From Oikopleura dioica (Eukaryota > Animalia > Chordata): a DNA stretch of 64,000 nt. Positions 48,884 to 61,466 of this stretch are shown piece by piece (the stretch's first letter is position 1; each line of letters begins with the position of its first letter). The stretch lies in the NCBI GenBank assembly GCA_907165135.1, contig OU015568.1, positions 1,674,001 through 1,738,000 of the forward strand, given 5' to 3'. The notes below the pieces were generated by a model. It saw only the letters and a program-made list of their open reading frames with translations. It was not told the DNA's origin and did no database searches. Both the position numbers and the translations under genes were made by a program.

Positions 48884-49884
48884 TCAAAATTGTATTTGAA
48901 ACTCTTTCAATGTTTCGACTTTTCTACAGATTCGTTTTTCTTCAAGAAGCTCATCGTGACAGTGAAGATGCCGCATTAGTTCTGCAGTCGATTTGTGGTA
49001 CGACAAGAAGTGCTTGCAGAATTTTTCGTTGATTGGATTTGGATAGCGATCCTTTGAGAAAGGAGTGAGATGTGCCATTTCATCATTCATTCTTGATTCT
49101 TTTCATAAAGTTTGAGAAGAGAACATTACCTAATTCCTGTGATATTTCCGATATCTCCAAGCCAGCCTCCAAGAGATGAGCCAGCATGAGTAGTATCAAC
49201 CCTAAATTGATAATTTGATGAAGCGAAGTCTAAGTCCTCTAACCGGTATTTTCCACTGTCAATATTGCATTTCGCCCCATCTTTGCTTGGTAGACAATAT
49301 GGCCATTTTAGAATCTCCGCTGCAAGTTCCCACGTGATCACAACAAACTGCTCATTTGGTCGGTGCTTTGTATTTGGAAATCGTTCGTCTAGCCAGTTTG
49401 GATCGCGGTCGTGCCACCAGCCGAAAACCATTCGACGTTGCCTATTGTATTCTTGTACGGTTGTGTAAAGATCTTCGCAGGCATAGAAATCACTATTGGT
49501 AATTCCGATAAGCGAATTTTTCGGAAACTCCGAGATCGCGTATTCAAGCCAATTGTACAATCTTGCCCCTCCTCGGCCGGTTGTGTTTCCAAGAAAAATA
49601 ATGTCTTGGAATTTCTCTGACTCGTGTTCTAACTTTTTGGACCAAGCATCCGGAAGGAATCTGTACTTGAATTTGGATGTCTTCAGCCAGGTTTCTCGTT
49701 GCGCAGCGCGATTTTCATAATCTCTTGTTGACGTAAAAATTCCAAGGTACACCTTTTTCTCCTTGATTTCGCCAGATTTCTTCGCCAAATGGAAGAGCCA
49801 AATGATCAGAAAAATATTCAAAGCTTTCCAAATATCTATATTTCGCCTCATCCTCTCTCTATTTTTTTCTACTTTCTGAGTCAT
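48884..49884 (-). CDS. GT31 glycosyltransferase, B3GALT6-like
   Basis: TM IWKALNIFLIIWLFHL; YLGIFTSTRDYENRAAQRETWL, LEHESEKFQDIIFL, SSLGGWL, and spliced CKHFLSYHKSTAELMRHLH, which resembles the C-terminal C..YLVTHK..LEDM motif. Confidence 0.7.
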
Positions 49885-50034
49885 TCTTGTTAATTTGCCC
49901 GGAGATTTATCTTATCTTCCGCTTTTTTTCTGTTTTTTTTTTATTTTTGACAAGAGAAAAAATTTATTCGAAGATTGTCATAAGGCACAGGTAGAAAAGA
50001 AATTTGTTGGCTGGATGCAAGTTGCAAGAAATTT

Positions 50035-52170
50035 TCAGTGGCTTTCGATTGAGTAGAAGATTCCCGGGGCGGAGCAGATTGTGGCAAGGAATGAAATGCT
50101 CAGGCCGCCGAGAAAAAGCCAAGCACACGCCCTTAATTTTTTATTTCTTTCAAGAGCCATAATTTCAATCAAACCTATCTAGGACCAGTGCGGCGTATTT
50201 CCACTCATCTTCATACGATCCATCGTTGTCTTGCTCTCTCATGCGATCGGATATAAATTTAAGCTCTAGAATTTCAATTATTGTAATGAAAATCGATCAA
50301 GAAGAAACCTTTATAAATAAAGTAAAACTCTGAATTGCCACTGAATTCAATAAGATCCTGCTTTGCGTTTTCTTCGTCCAAATCAACAGGTGGATCGGGA
50401 GGGGGATGAATAAACAGCACGATGGGCATAATATCCAAAAGTAAAAATCGAACCTAAAAGCACTTGTTTCAAAGAAAATGTGAGCGAAGCATTACCCATT
50501 TCGGCATTTGTCTAGCTTCTCTGCCTTGAGTATGATGAAGCTTGAGGCAAAAGATCGTTGAAAACATTGAAACAGCAATGATGATCATGGAAGCGACGAA
50601 AAACTGGCCGATAACAGGAAGACTTGATGGCATTGGTGGTGTTTGTTGTGATAATTGGTCCATGAAAACGACCATAGCCAGCAAGATCGTGATATCTAAA
50701 ATTTTTGATGACCATAATTTGCTTCTCAAATTTTAAAAATGGCATTTCAAAATTTAAAATGAAGCGATTTCTAATGATAACTCCTAGAGGATGATAGAAA
50801 TGTCTATTTCCGCCTTATTATAATTAACGTCTGTTCATAACTTCACTGAAAATACTTTGAGATCTATCTAAAACGTACTCAATCCAACTTTTTCACCAGC
50901 ATCTGGAGGCAGCACAAAGGTCAATACAATCAGCATCGCAGTCATTACGCAAGGAAGAACCAATGTAAGGGTCGGATAAAAGACGTAACGCTTCAATTTG
51001 AGCTTGTAAGTGATATCTTGATAGTAATTTGGACAGCATTCGTAGAGAGTCTCACTAAGCATGCACTCTTTTTTCGGGTTTGAAATTGTCTTGTCGCGAA
51101 AATGAGAAAAAATTTATGAAACCCTTTCCTTTTCCGACGATTTCCCATTCAGTGGACTTGATATACTGTGCTGGATCAATCAGAATCTCTCCTTTCTGCC
51201 CTCCGCCAACGATGGCGTTTGTGGGATTGTTGATCATAATGTTCAAGTAATTCTTTGTATACGACCAGGAGCCAAATTTCATCACGCATTCTTGAGTATC
51301 GAAAGGAAAGAATGTCATATCGACCTAAACTCTCATGATCACCTAAAAACTAAGTGTCCTTCACCTCGCAAGAGCTCTGAATGATCGCAGGAGGAAGCCA
51401 AAGGCAAGCTCCATTAGAGTAGCATTCGATGTTTGAAGCGAATTTGGAGTCGAAGCCATCTTGGATACTGAAATGGATGGTATCAAATGAATTTTTAGAG
51501 AGTCAAAATGATAATGAAGGAAAATGATTTTTGAAATCAACGATGATTTCAAAAATGAAAGTGTCGCGAGAGGGATGATCTCTTACGAACAGAGAATTAT
51601 TCACTCCAAGCCGAAACCTACCAACTATTGATTAGTTCAAAGCAAAGTTAACACAACATCTAGCAGCAGGAAAGCCAAAAACTGAGGTTCCCTTAATCGG
51701 TACCTTTGATAAAGGAGAATGTCTGGGGTCCAGATTTTTGAAGGTGCAATGACGATCTTGTCGACGCCGCCGTTCATGCTCGGCCGCCAGGTAAGGTAGG
51801 TATCGGTCCAATTGAATGAATACCTGAAAAAATATACAGAAATCGGCAAGAAAAACTTACATCATCGAAGTCATCAGATATTGATCCCTCTCATTGAGCT
51901 CAATAATCTGCAGGAGCGTCAATTCCATCGCAACATCAAGCGCCTGTGAAAAATTCGCAACTGGACGGACCATTGAGTTGTATTTCGCAAATCCGTCTTC
52001 AACATATCGAACACAAGAATTCGGCACTGCTTGTTCGTTCAGAGGGTCTAATTCAAAAAGCGTCCTTCCTAGTTCTTCTGTTAGAGGGCAGTCGGTGGAC
52101 TTGTGGAATTCAAGGCGGTAGCCATCCAGTAGACGGGTTAATAATAAGTTTTCGTCATATCGGCAATGTA
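50035..52170 (-). CDS. nicotinic acetylcholine receptor alpha-type subunit
   Basis: YNSMVRPV, KIWTPDILLY, WLPPAIIQSSCE|VDMTFFPFDTQECVMKFGSWSY, loop C YECCPNYYQDITY (vicinal Cys), LPPDAGEKVGL, EDEWKYAALVLDR. Signal-peptide exon not resolved. Confidence 0.93.
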
Positions 52171-54726
52171 CTGAAGTATAATATTAGATTTATATTTATA
52201 TTTTAGAGACCATAACAGCGATTAAAAAATGATATGTATAAAATTTTTAACAGAGTAAATCTCGATGATCAATTTGTACCTCGTTTACCTAATACATCCT
52301 CCTTGTAGTCATTCGGTTTATATTAAAATTAAATATTCAGAAAGAACTTTTTTTGTGTTATTTTCTTTATTCAAAGACGTATTTTTCATTTGCGGCACGA
52401 ACCGGAAGGAACGCGTAATCGATACCCCAACTTTTGTATAGCGCTTTTGCCCGGGGCGCGAGCCCGTTGTTTTCCTGCTGAGTAGAAATAAGCGTGCTTG
52501 ATGGGGATCCCCACCGCGAAATCCCGTTTTTCTCACAAAGTTCAACAATGATCACAATATTCCGCCCGTCAAGTTATTTATTGAAGTTCTGTCTCACATC
52601 GATTGCTTTTAACATTTTTTACTTTTATTTTGGACATAAGATCTTATGAAACGAGATTGAAATTTAGCTGTTACTTCAGTAGATAAACTATTCCTACTTG
52701 CAAGGAGTAATGAGTAGACAAGTAAAGACACGATCCAAGCACCTTTGGTTCCCTAATTGTATTTCAATCTGTTTTATCCCCAAGTCCGTGAAATACCCGC
52801 CATATGTTGGAGCCAGGCCAGAACATGAACTTAATCCGAGTGCCAAGACCTTCTTATTTCTACCTAGATATCTATCTTTATTTACCTGTCATTGACCGAA
52901 ACTTTGATGAAAAAAATCAAATTTTATGGGTGTCGAAATCAATTTTGCCATTTTTTCTGATTTGGCAGAATAAATGATAGGAAAGGTTTTTATCAGTATT
53001 TTAACAATTATTTCTGTTATCTTGATTCAGGACTTGTCAAATTCAAGTTGAAATTGATGACAACAAATGAGCTACAGCACAAATCTCTTGATAATCCCAG
53101 TCAAGATGCCGATACACGCTCTGATCAAGATCTCCCGCTGCGATTTGCGCTTATCGCTGTAAAAAACACGCCCTTACCTATCTTTAGTAAAAGTAAAATC
53201 TTCAAGAATAACATATTTGAAGTCGAAATTTTCCTCTTTTTTTTGTATCAAATGATCTCTTTTTTGAATTTTTAGGAAAAAGTGGGATCAACTCATTTTT
53301 CGAGCTCTGATTTTTGATCTTGGCAGAGCGCGGCGGGCGCGCGTCGTCAACTAAAATCTATCACGAGCGGGCGCTAAAGGAGGAAAAGTGGTGAGTTACT
53401 CGAAAACACACATTCATACTTTTGGAGAAAGGGATGATCGGAGAACAGCTGCCCCAATGCTCTGAAATATCTTCAATAAAATAGCCGTTTTCTTATCCTA
53501 ACGGGGAAGAATCCACGGATATCTAAAGCAGGTCCCCTTTTTAGCGGATTTTTTTCTAGTAAAGTTCCTTAACATATCTATTATATCAAGTAAGTCTGTT
53601 AAAGTGCAGTCTTTATTTGCCCTTTCAAATGGCTTATTCAATTTTATTTTGATGAACTCCAGTAGACCCCTTTTATTACACAAGTCTGACTCGCTAAATC
53701 CCCGCGAAGCTTGTTTTCATCCGCTTGAAATAAACAGTATCTCAGCGTGATTACTGAGTCTGTCCTTGTCCAAATCCGCAGTTAATTTCATTTCTGATCC
53801 CTCTGAAATCCATCTTTTGAACAACTAATTTCGCGAAATCAAATTATCAATTATCTTTTTGAAAATTATGAAAGAAGGCATTTTTTATCATCTCATCAAG
53901 TAGTCATTTTGTAACTTGACCGAAGAAGACGTCAAGATTTTTTTAAACTCATTATTTATGGAAACGCAAGAGCCATTCTTATCCAGCTCAATTTACACCA
54001 CCAGGTGTGAAGAATTCGGAAACGCGCTTTTCAACGCCCTGGATCAAGTTTATCCCAAACTTATATTCGAATAAGTCGCTCGTTTTTGACCCACGACTCA
54101 GAAGAAAAATTAAATCTGCGGTTTTCAATTAGGCCTGCTGAATGAAACGTTACTGTAGTTACTTTTTATTTGCAGATAGCTAAAAAAATCACACCCGGTA
54201 TCTGAACCCGTTCCAATTTTCTAAATTGACCATGAATTCGAAAACGAGGAAGACGATTTGACATGTATCCGAAATCACTTCCGACTTCGCACATTCATCA
54301 TGGAGCGCCGGCCCGGGCGTGTCAAATCTCGACAATGAGGCTCAATTATTTCTCATCTTCTTTTTTTCCAGTTATTTATTTAGTCTTTACTAGTAAAAAA
54401 CTAATTGTCGTCATAAATAAACAAACTCCTCAATCGTCCTTGATTTCAAATCTGCGCAAGGCCGTGCAAACATGCAAAGTTTGGCCAAATGAGCGTATCA
54501 TTATTGATCAAGTGACCATGTCGTAACAACAACTGCGTTTTTGGAACGTCTCTGTCCTCTACCTCCAGTTCCTTTTTACTGTTTTGACCTTGGCTCTTTT
54601 CCTTAGCTGAAGAGGTTTCTTTCCAGCAGACAGAGAATAAATCGAATAGTCAGGAAGCACTTCAGTAACGAAGGCGTATGCTTTCGATTGCAAATTTGCG
54701 GAAGCAAGGAGTTTCTTCTTCTGTAA

Positions 54727-57700
54727 ATGTCATTCCCAATGGATCTGTTTGATGGCAGAGATTATATGGCCTCCAACAACGAGGACAACGAAATCGACCT
54801 CGAAACCATCAACTCCGAGATACCGCCTGCGCAATTCAACCCACAGGAAGAGGCAGCTAGATTTACAGTTCCTAAAATACTTATCAGTCAAAACACCAAC
54901 ACCGTTTAATTTGAGGAAAAGACCTCTTGATAATTAACCTAAAATGAACTTTGAAGATATTGTAAAAACCCTGAGCCTTGATGAGATTATGCCGGAGCTA
55001 GGGGATCAGCTCTCTGTATCGGAAAATACAAGCATTCGATCAAATGAGCTCGACAGTATTCTCGGCACTCACCCGACTGTTTCTGAACCCGTTTCTTCGT
55101 CCTTCGAAATGATCACTTCCTCCGCTGCACCGATTCAATCTGAAGTTCCGAAACCGATTCCATCCGCAATGCCGATTACTCGACCAAAAAAGCTTATTTA
55201 TGAATACGAAGAACCTTGCCCGATTTGTGGCGATAAGATTACGGGATATCACTATGGAATTCTCACATGCGAAAGCTGCAAAGGATTTTTCAAGAGAACC
55301 GTGCAGAATAAGAAGACTTATCAATGTGTGGATATGGGAGATTGTGTGATCAACAAGATTCAGAGAAAGAGATGTCCTGCATGTCGATACCAGGTTCGTA
55401 GAATTTTTATGACAAACCATAAGTTTATTGAGTTTTTAGTCGTTTATAATTTTTTATACCGCAATTTTTTTGGGGTTTACAAGTTTAACCACGTATGATT
55501 TAAGTAGCAAGTACCATCACTTTTTCTCTAGAAATGTATGCGAATGGGAATGAAACTAGAAGCCATCCGAGCAGACCGTCTTCGCGGCGGCCGAAACAAA
55601 TTTGGGCCTCTTTACAAACATGATCGAGCCCTGAAAATGCAGAACAAAACCATCAGTCTTCAGGCTCCATCATCATCTCTTTTAGCTGCTACGAGTCAAA
55701 ATGACTCTCCATCAACGTCAAAGGTATTTGAAAAATTTTTCATAGAAGCGAACCTTGAATTCAAGGGTATTTTCGACGAGCATTTGAGCATACAAGGGAC
55801 GACTGAAAATACTGGTTTTGCTCAGCCACCTCAGAGTCAACAAGGAGCGATTCAAGGCCATCCTATGAACCATGGGAAGGCTTCGTCTAATCCACCTTCG
55901 GTCACATCTGAAAGTGTTCCAAGAAGAGTGACAGTTACTGAATGCGATAACTGCTCGCAGACGTCAAGTTCTTGTGGCAAAATTCGCCGCGAAAGTGGCC
56001 CCTCTAATTCTCATTTCAACCCCTACAGAGTTCCTCCTCATTTCTCTCTTGAACGGGACTACGAGTCACACATGCGCCAACAAGAACGAGCGCTTGATCG
56101 GCTGTTTTCTGAGCGCGATTCTAGAGGAGGCCCTGGTCCGCGGTATCCTTACGATCTTCCAGGATATCCTCCTTTTCCGCCACATCCCTCTGACAGCGAA
56201 AGGTTTTCTTGGTACAGTGCGTATGCTGACTCGAGATACTTGCATGGCTCGATGCATGGGCTGAGATCAGGATTGCCGATTCCACCAAGAAGTTTCATGA
56301 GGTGAGAAACCATAAATAGAATATTTATGGGAATAACCAGGCTTTTTTCTTATCGTGAGATCGAAGAAAATTGAAAACAAGATAAAACAAAGGAAGATTT
56401 GTAAATATTATTGATACTAATTAAAAGGGAAAATCACTCATAATTAACCTTAGCCCGCCAAAAGTGGATTTTCTGGGGTACCCGCCAAGAACACCATATA
56501 TGGACCATATAATATGGACCATATTATATGGTCCATATAATATGGTGCATCTTCCATTGTATCGCTTCACCATATTCAATTTCTCAATATTTTACTAAAT
56601 ATCTTCGTTGGAAAATATTTTTTACGACATATAGAAGTGTTCTAATGACGATACTGAAGTTCATTCAATCAAAAATTATTGTTTATAAATTCATAGATCG
56701 AGGATAAGAGAAGAAGACCAGGGTAAACATTTAGCAAAATCGCTGGGAATAAGCTGGGGTACCCGCCACAAACACCATATATGGTGTAGCAACAATTGTA
56801 GCTCGACACCATATATGGTGCATGGACTTTTTGGAAAATTAAGGGTCTACAGACGCAAACGTCTATCAGAAACAGGCCTAAAAGCCCTTGGTCGATAGAT
56901 AATCGATCATGCCGTCTCAGCGTTTCCTCCGTTTCCGAAAAAAATTTTAGTGTCGAGCGCAGTGAGCGAATATGTGACCGATTCAAGAGTCGTGGTGTAC
57001 CTTGGCGGGCTAAGGTTAAGCTTTTTTGGGCGTTCAAAAATTCAAATTTCCGAAGTTGGCCGGATTTTCCGACTTCGGAGGTGCCTTAATGCCCTCAGGG
57101 TACGAGTTGACCCCCCACTATCAATAGTCAATCTGATCCTTAGCTTCTGCGGATTCTAAATCTGTATTATATCCTGACCCTTCTAAGCCAGAAAAAAAGC
57201 TAAATTATTAGTGATTTCCCATACTTATTATGATAATTATATAAAATGCGGAATTCCGAAGATTCTAAATGTTCAGTAGACAATTCGAAGAAAATCGAGA
57301 ATTCTTCCGCCATGGAGAGTCCCCTTATTCCCGTTCCCGAGATCATCAATATCCACCACAGTCAACTTCCCAAAGAAGCAATGATCATCGCTTTCCTCAA
57401 ACACCCCATGGCTCAACCTGGCCATATCCTCCACGAGTCGGTCCCGGAGCAAGTGTAGGAAATCACGGGCACAGGCCTTCTTCACTTGAGCCAGGAGAAA
57501 GCGATATTTTCACGCTCTCGAATCAGGAGCTTTTGAAAAAGATGATCACTCACTGGATACCAGAAGAATCGCTAAGAAAAGATGCTCAACATGCAGTCAA
57601 AGATGTCGATACAGTGGATTTGGTGAATCTCATTGTGAAGATGGTCGAACAGGTAAGTGATCTTGGCATTTTTTTTTTGCTAATAATTTTCAGATTTTGT

Positions 57701-58542
57701 ATACAATGGTTGTTTGGGCAAAAGAAAGCATGTTTTTCAATCAAATTCATACTGAAGATCAGGTACAATCATCGACAAGAAAAGTTGCTTTATTTGAGTT
57801 TTAGATGATTCTTTTGCGAAAAGCCTGGATAGAACTCATGATCCTCGATCATGTGTACCGACAAGTCTGGTTTGCTGACTCAAATAATCTACTACTCGTC
57901 ACTGGAAGGATCGTACCGCTCAATGAGTTGTACAATGCTCTTGATGCAAGTGGGACGAAGATTTGCGAGGACTTATGCGACATTTCTGATCGATTTCGCG
58001 AGCTTCAAATTGATAGATCAGAAGTTATGTGTTTGAAATTTTTGATTTTGTTCAGCTCGAAAGGTAAGTGTGAAGAGCCATTACAGAAAACCATAACGGT
58101 TATTTTTATTGATGAAATATTAATTAAATTTTCAAAAACAACTTGATATAAATTCCAAAATATTTGTAGTCATGTCGAAACCAATACAGAATACAATCCT
58201 TTAAACTTTAAAGTTTAAAGTCAATCAGTTATAAAAATATTCAGAAGCGCGAGGCAATGGTCAGTTTATGAAAAAAGTCTCCGAGCGAATCAACTCCTGC
58301 CTCCTCGAGTACACCCAGCTTCAGTACCCAGATTCATCAGACCGATACGTTCAAAATTTAATGCGTCTTCCAGGTACCTACAAATGAGAATTCTCATCAT
58401 AGAGTTCATATTTACACTTGTCTCAGACCTCCGAGGACTTGCAAACAAAATCGAAAACTGGTTTGTTGACAAACTCAACCAAGGGTACATTTCCCAATCG
58501 TCACTGCTTGGTGAAATTCTTCTGACAAAGAAGAACCAATAA
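54727..58542 (+). CDS. NR5A: nuclear receptor NR5A (FTZ-F1/SF-1/LRH-1)
   Basis: [36 protein letters not shown]; FTZ-F1 box [29 protein letters not shown]; LBD DQ|[32 protein letters not shown]; AF-2-like SLLGEILL. Confidence 0.96.
56448..57015. mobile_element. 568-bp piggyBac-type MITE, 14-bp TIR, TTAA TSD, in an NR5A intron
   Basis: TTAA(56444-56447)-CCTTAGCCCGCCAA ... TTGGCGGGCTAAGG-TTAA(57016-57019); internal direct repeat TGGGGTACCCGCCA..AACACCATATATGG near 56474 and 56756. Confidence 0.92.
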
Positions 58543-59142
58543 TTTTAAATTCTGTATCAATTCAATTTAAAAGTATTTCTTGAATAAAAGTTGCATTAAA
58601 GTTCTACTAGCGCGTTATCACTCCGGGAAACAGTATCATCGATACTGAAAAAGATGCTTCCTTGTCTCTAGAATCCGAGTTTGTTTTGCCGAAGGCGTGA
58701 GCCTGGTCAATATTTGAGAGAGACATATTAAAACTCTGAATTTTTGTTTGAATTCAGGAGTTTTTCTGCGGGTAATTCCGCCAGACTCAGAGAATTTGAG
58801 TTGAAGATGCAGACAATCGGAATAAATGACATGGCGAGGTCCGTTTTTCAGCGGGCTTATGTTAGAAGATATACTCTTGGTAAGTTTACAGTATGATTTT
58901 TTTCTGATTCAAATTTTATTTTTATTATTGTGTTAATAGCTGGAAGCTCCAAAGATTGGCATGAGACAATAAAACAGGTGGCCTAAGCGGTTTTTCCCTA
59001 CTAAGGGAAAATCGCGCGTAAATAATTTTATTACTATAAGTCAGAAAAACACTTATTTCAACCAAATCAGACTTTTCCCTATTCACTTTATAAAGGTTTT
59101 GGCGACAGATATATAATTTGAAAACTTTTCAGGAATAGAAAA

Positions 59143-61312
59143 ATGTTTCAATTTTTAGGGGCTTGGTTAGGCGTGCCTGTTGTGTTATCATACAGCTTTT
59201 ACAAACTATTCGTCGAGAAAATTTTCACCGCTGAAGAAGAATTTGTAAACCGAGATGCCGTCGATTTTGCCCCGAATGACTCGCACATTGGCGACGCAGC
59301 ACCGGGACATTCTCCAGCTTGGTTGCTACGATTCCAGAACCATATTTTCAAGACTCGATTTGGGAAGTGGTTCTTTTTGCCGATTCCAGTCAAGACTGGA
59401 ATGCGCGATTTGGTCAGACACGCGGCCTTGACCTGCAGAGCGACCTTCTATCCGATCGGACATGTTGAGCCAGAAGATGTGGTCACAGGAAAGGATTTTA
59501 ATGACTCATCACTGATGAGTCATCACTGATAATTGCTGATGAGTCATCAGCAATTATCGCTTAGAAACATGAAAAATCCAAGTAAGATTATAAGCCCGAC
59601 CTTTCTTCCCCACTAAAATCAACGAAGAGAGCGGACTCGTGGCTTCCCACAACGATCGATGATTACACAACGGCCTACAAATCTGGAAAATATACACCAG
59701 TTGATGTCATCGAAAAGCTCTTACAAGGTAAACCCTTTAAACTCATTTTCGACGAATATTCTTCGATAGATTTGGAAATTTTGAACGGGAAACTAAACAT
59801 GATGTGCGAATATTTCCCTGATCAAGTCCGCGCTCAAGCTAAAGAATCTGCCGCTCGATATGCTGAAGGAAAGCCTCTTGGTCCTTTTGACGGTGTGCCG
59901 ATTGCAATGAAGGACCAGTTGGATATCGAAGGCCATAGAAGGCGAAATGGACTTGAATTTTGCGAGGGTGGCGCAGCTGTCGAAGACTGTACGATTACTG
60001 CTCGATGCAGAGCCCAAGGTCAGTCAGATTCCGGTTAGATATATTTTGGAATGATTTAGGAATGATAATTGTTGGTCTGACAAACATGCATCCAAAAGGC
60101 TTGTCTTGCTTCGGCTCGAACACCTCCTCCGACCATGGCATTTGCCGAAACCCTTACAATGATCAGTTTTTCTGTGGCGCATCAAGCTCCGGAGCCGGAG
60201 CAATCGTTGCTTCTGGAATCATGCCTCTTGCGATCGGAACTGATGGTGGTGGGTCCGTCCGAATTCCATCAGGCTACTGCAACTTGGTCGGTCTCTTTCC
60301 TTCTATCGGAAGAATTCCTCAAAGAGGCACGAGCTCTGGAACTTGCTCGGCAGCTGGACCAATGGCACATACTCCTCAAGACTGTGCGAGATTGTATGCT
60401 GTGATTGCTGGCCCAGACTTTAAAGAAGGATCGGAGCAGAGTCGAATTCAACCTGCAGTCACCATCCCGAAAACTATCTTGAAAAGTTTGGCAGGCCTGA
60501 GAGTTGGAATCGACCAGGATTGGAATCAGCATGGAGTTGAAAAAGTGCTTCTTCAGGACTTTCAACGAAGACTTAATTGGATGATCGACCAAGGTACTCA
60601 GAAACAAGATTAATTTTTTCTAAAGTAATAGGTGCCGAAATTGTTAACTTCATTATGCCGGAGAAAGACCTCGTTTATGCAGCTCATTTGATATGTTTCT
60701 CGAATGAAATCGCCTCCGACGTTGTCAGATACGCTCAGCAAGGCAAGAAGGTCGACTATGATGTAGAATTGGTATCCAATATTCAGGTAAAAAGAGAAAA
60801 AAGGAAAATATATCAATTTCTTCAGGCCATGTCCACAAGAGCAACCGATTACTACATCGCCAACAAAATAAGAACAAAATTCATGAGGATCTTCGAAAAT
60901 GACATTTGGCCGAAAATGGATATTATTGCAACACCAATGTCAAGGACAACCATGGTGCGAATTGGCGAACAAGACCATATCTGTAAGATAAAAGCCAGAA
61001 TTTCTTAGTTTATGAGTATTTTTCAGATGGAAGAGCTGATCCGAAAACAGTTGGCAAAATCTCCCACTTCACTCGAATCTTCAATTTTGTTGGCTGTCCC
61101 GGAATCATGGTTCAACTCGGCCACGACAAAAATAACATACCATATGGATTCCATATGGCAGCGAAATGGGTAAGGGGAGAACATACGATCCGATTTAACC
61201 GTATTTCTAGTGGGACGAAAAGAGACTTTTTGAAATCGCGGATTTTATGGAGAGCCAAGCACCTTATAAAAAGCCAGTTCATTTGAGCACACCTCCGTTC
61301 AAACAAGAATAA
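59143..61312 (+). CDS. amidase-signature enzyme, fatty acid amide hydrolase-like
   Basis: GPFDGVPIAMKD (catalytic Lys), CRNPYN...GASSSGAGAIVASG..PLAIGTDGGGSVRIPSGYCNLVG (Ser-cisSer), AGPMA, MDIIATP, FTRIFNFVGCPG. Confidence 0.92.
59501..59558. repeat. two adjacent perfect palindromes in an intron
   Basis: ATGACTCATCA-C-TGATGAGTCAT (59501-59523) and GATAATTGCTGATGA-G-TCATCAGCAATTATC (59528-59558). Confidence 0.95.
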
Positions 61313-61466
61313 TTTTCTGTAACATTTTTATCTGAATATAAATTACTGTATGCTTTGGATATTTTTACAAGATGCGAGAAAAAAGAAGTCTTCTTTCAAA
61401 TTTATTGATCAAAAGTTAGGAAAGATTATGAGTAAGCTTTTACTATTTCCTAAGAGCCTAGACAAT

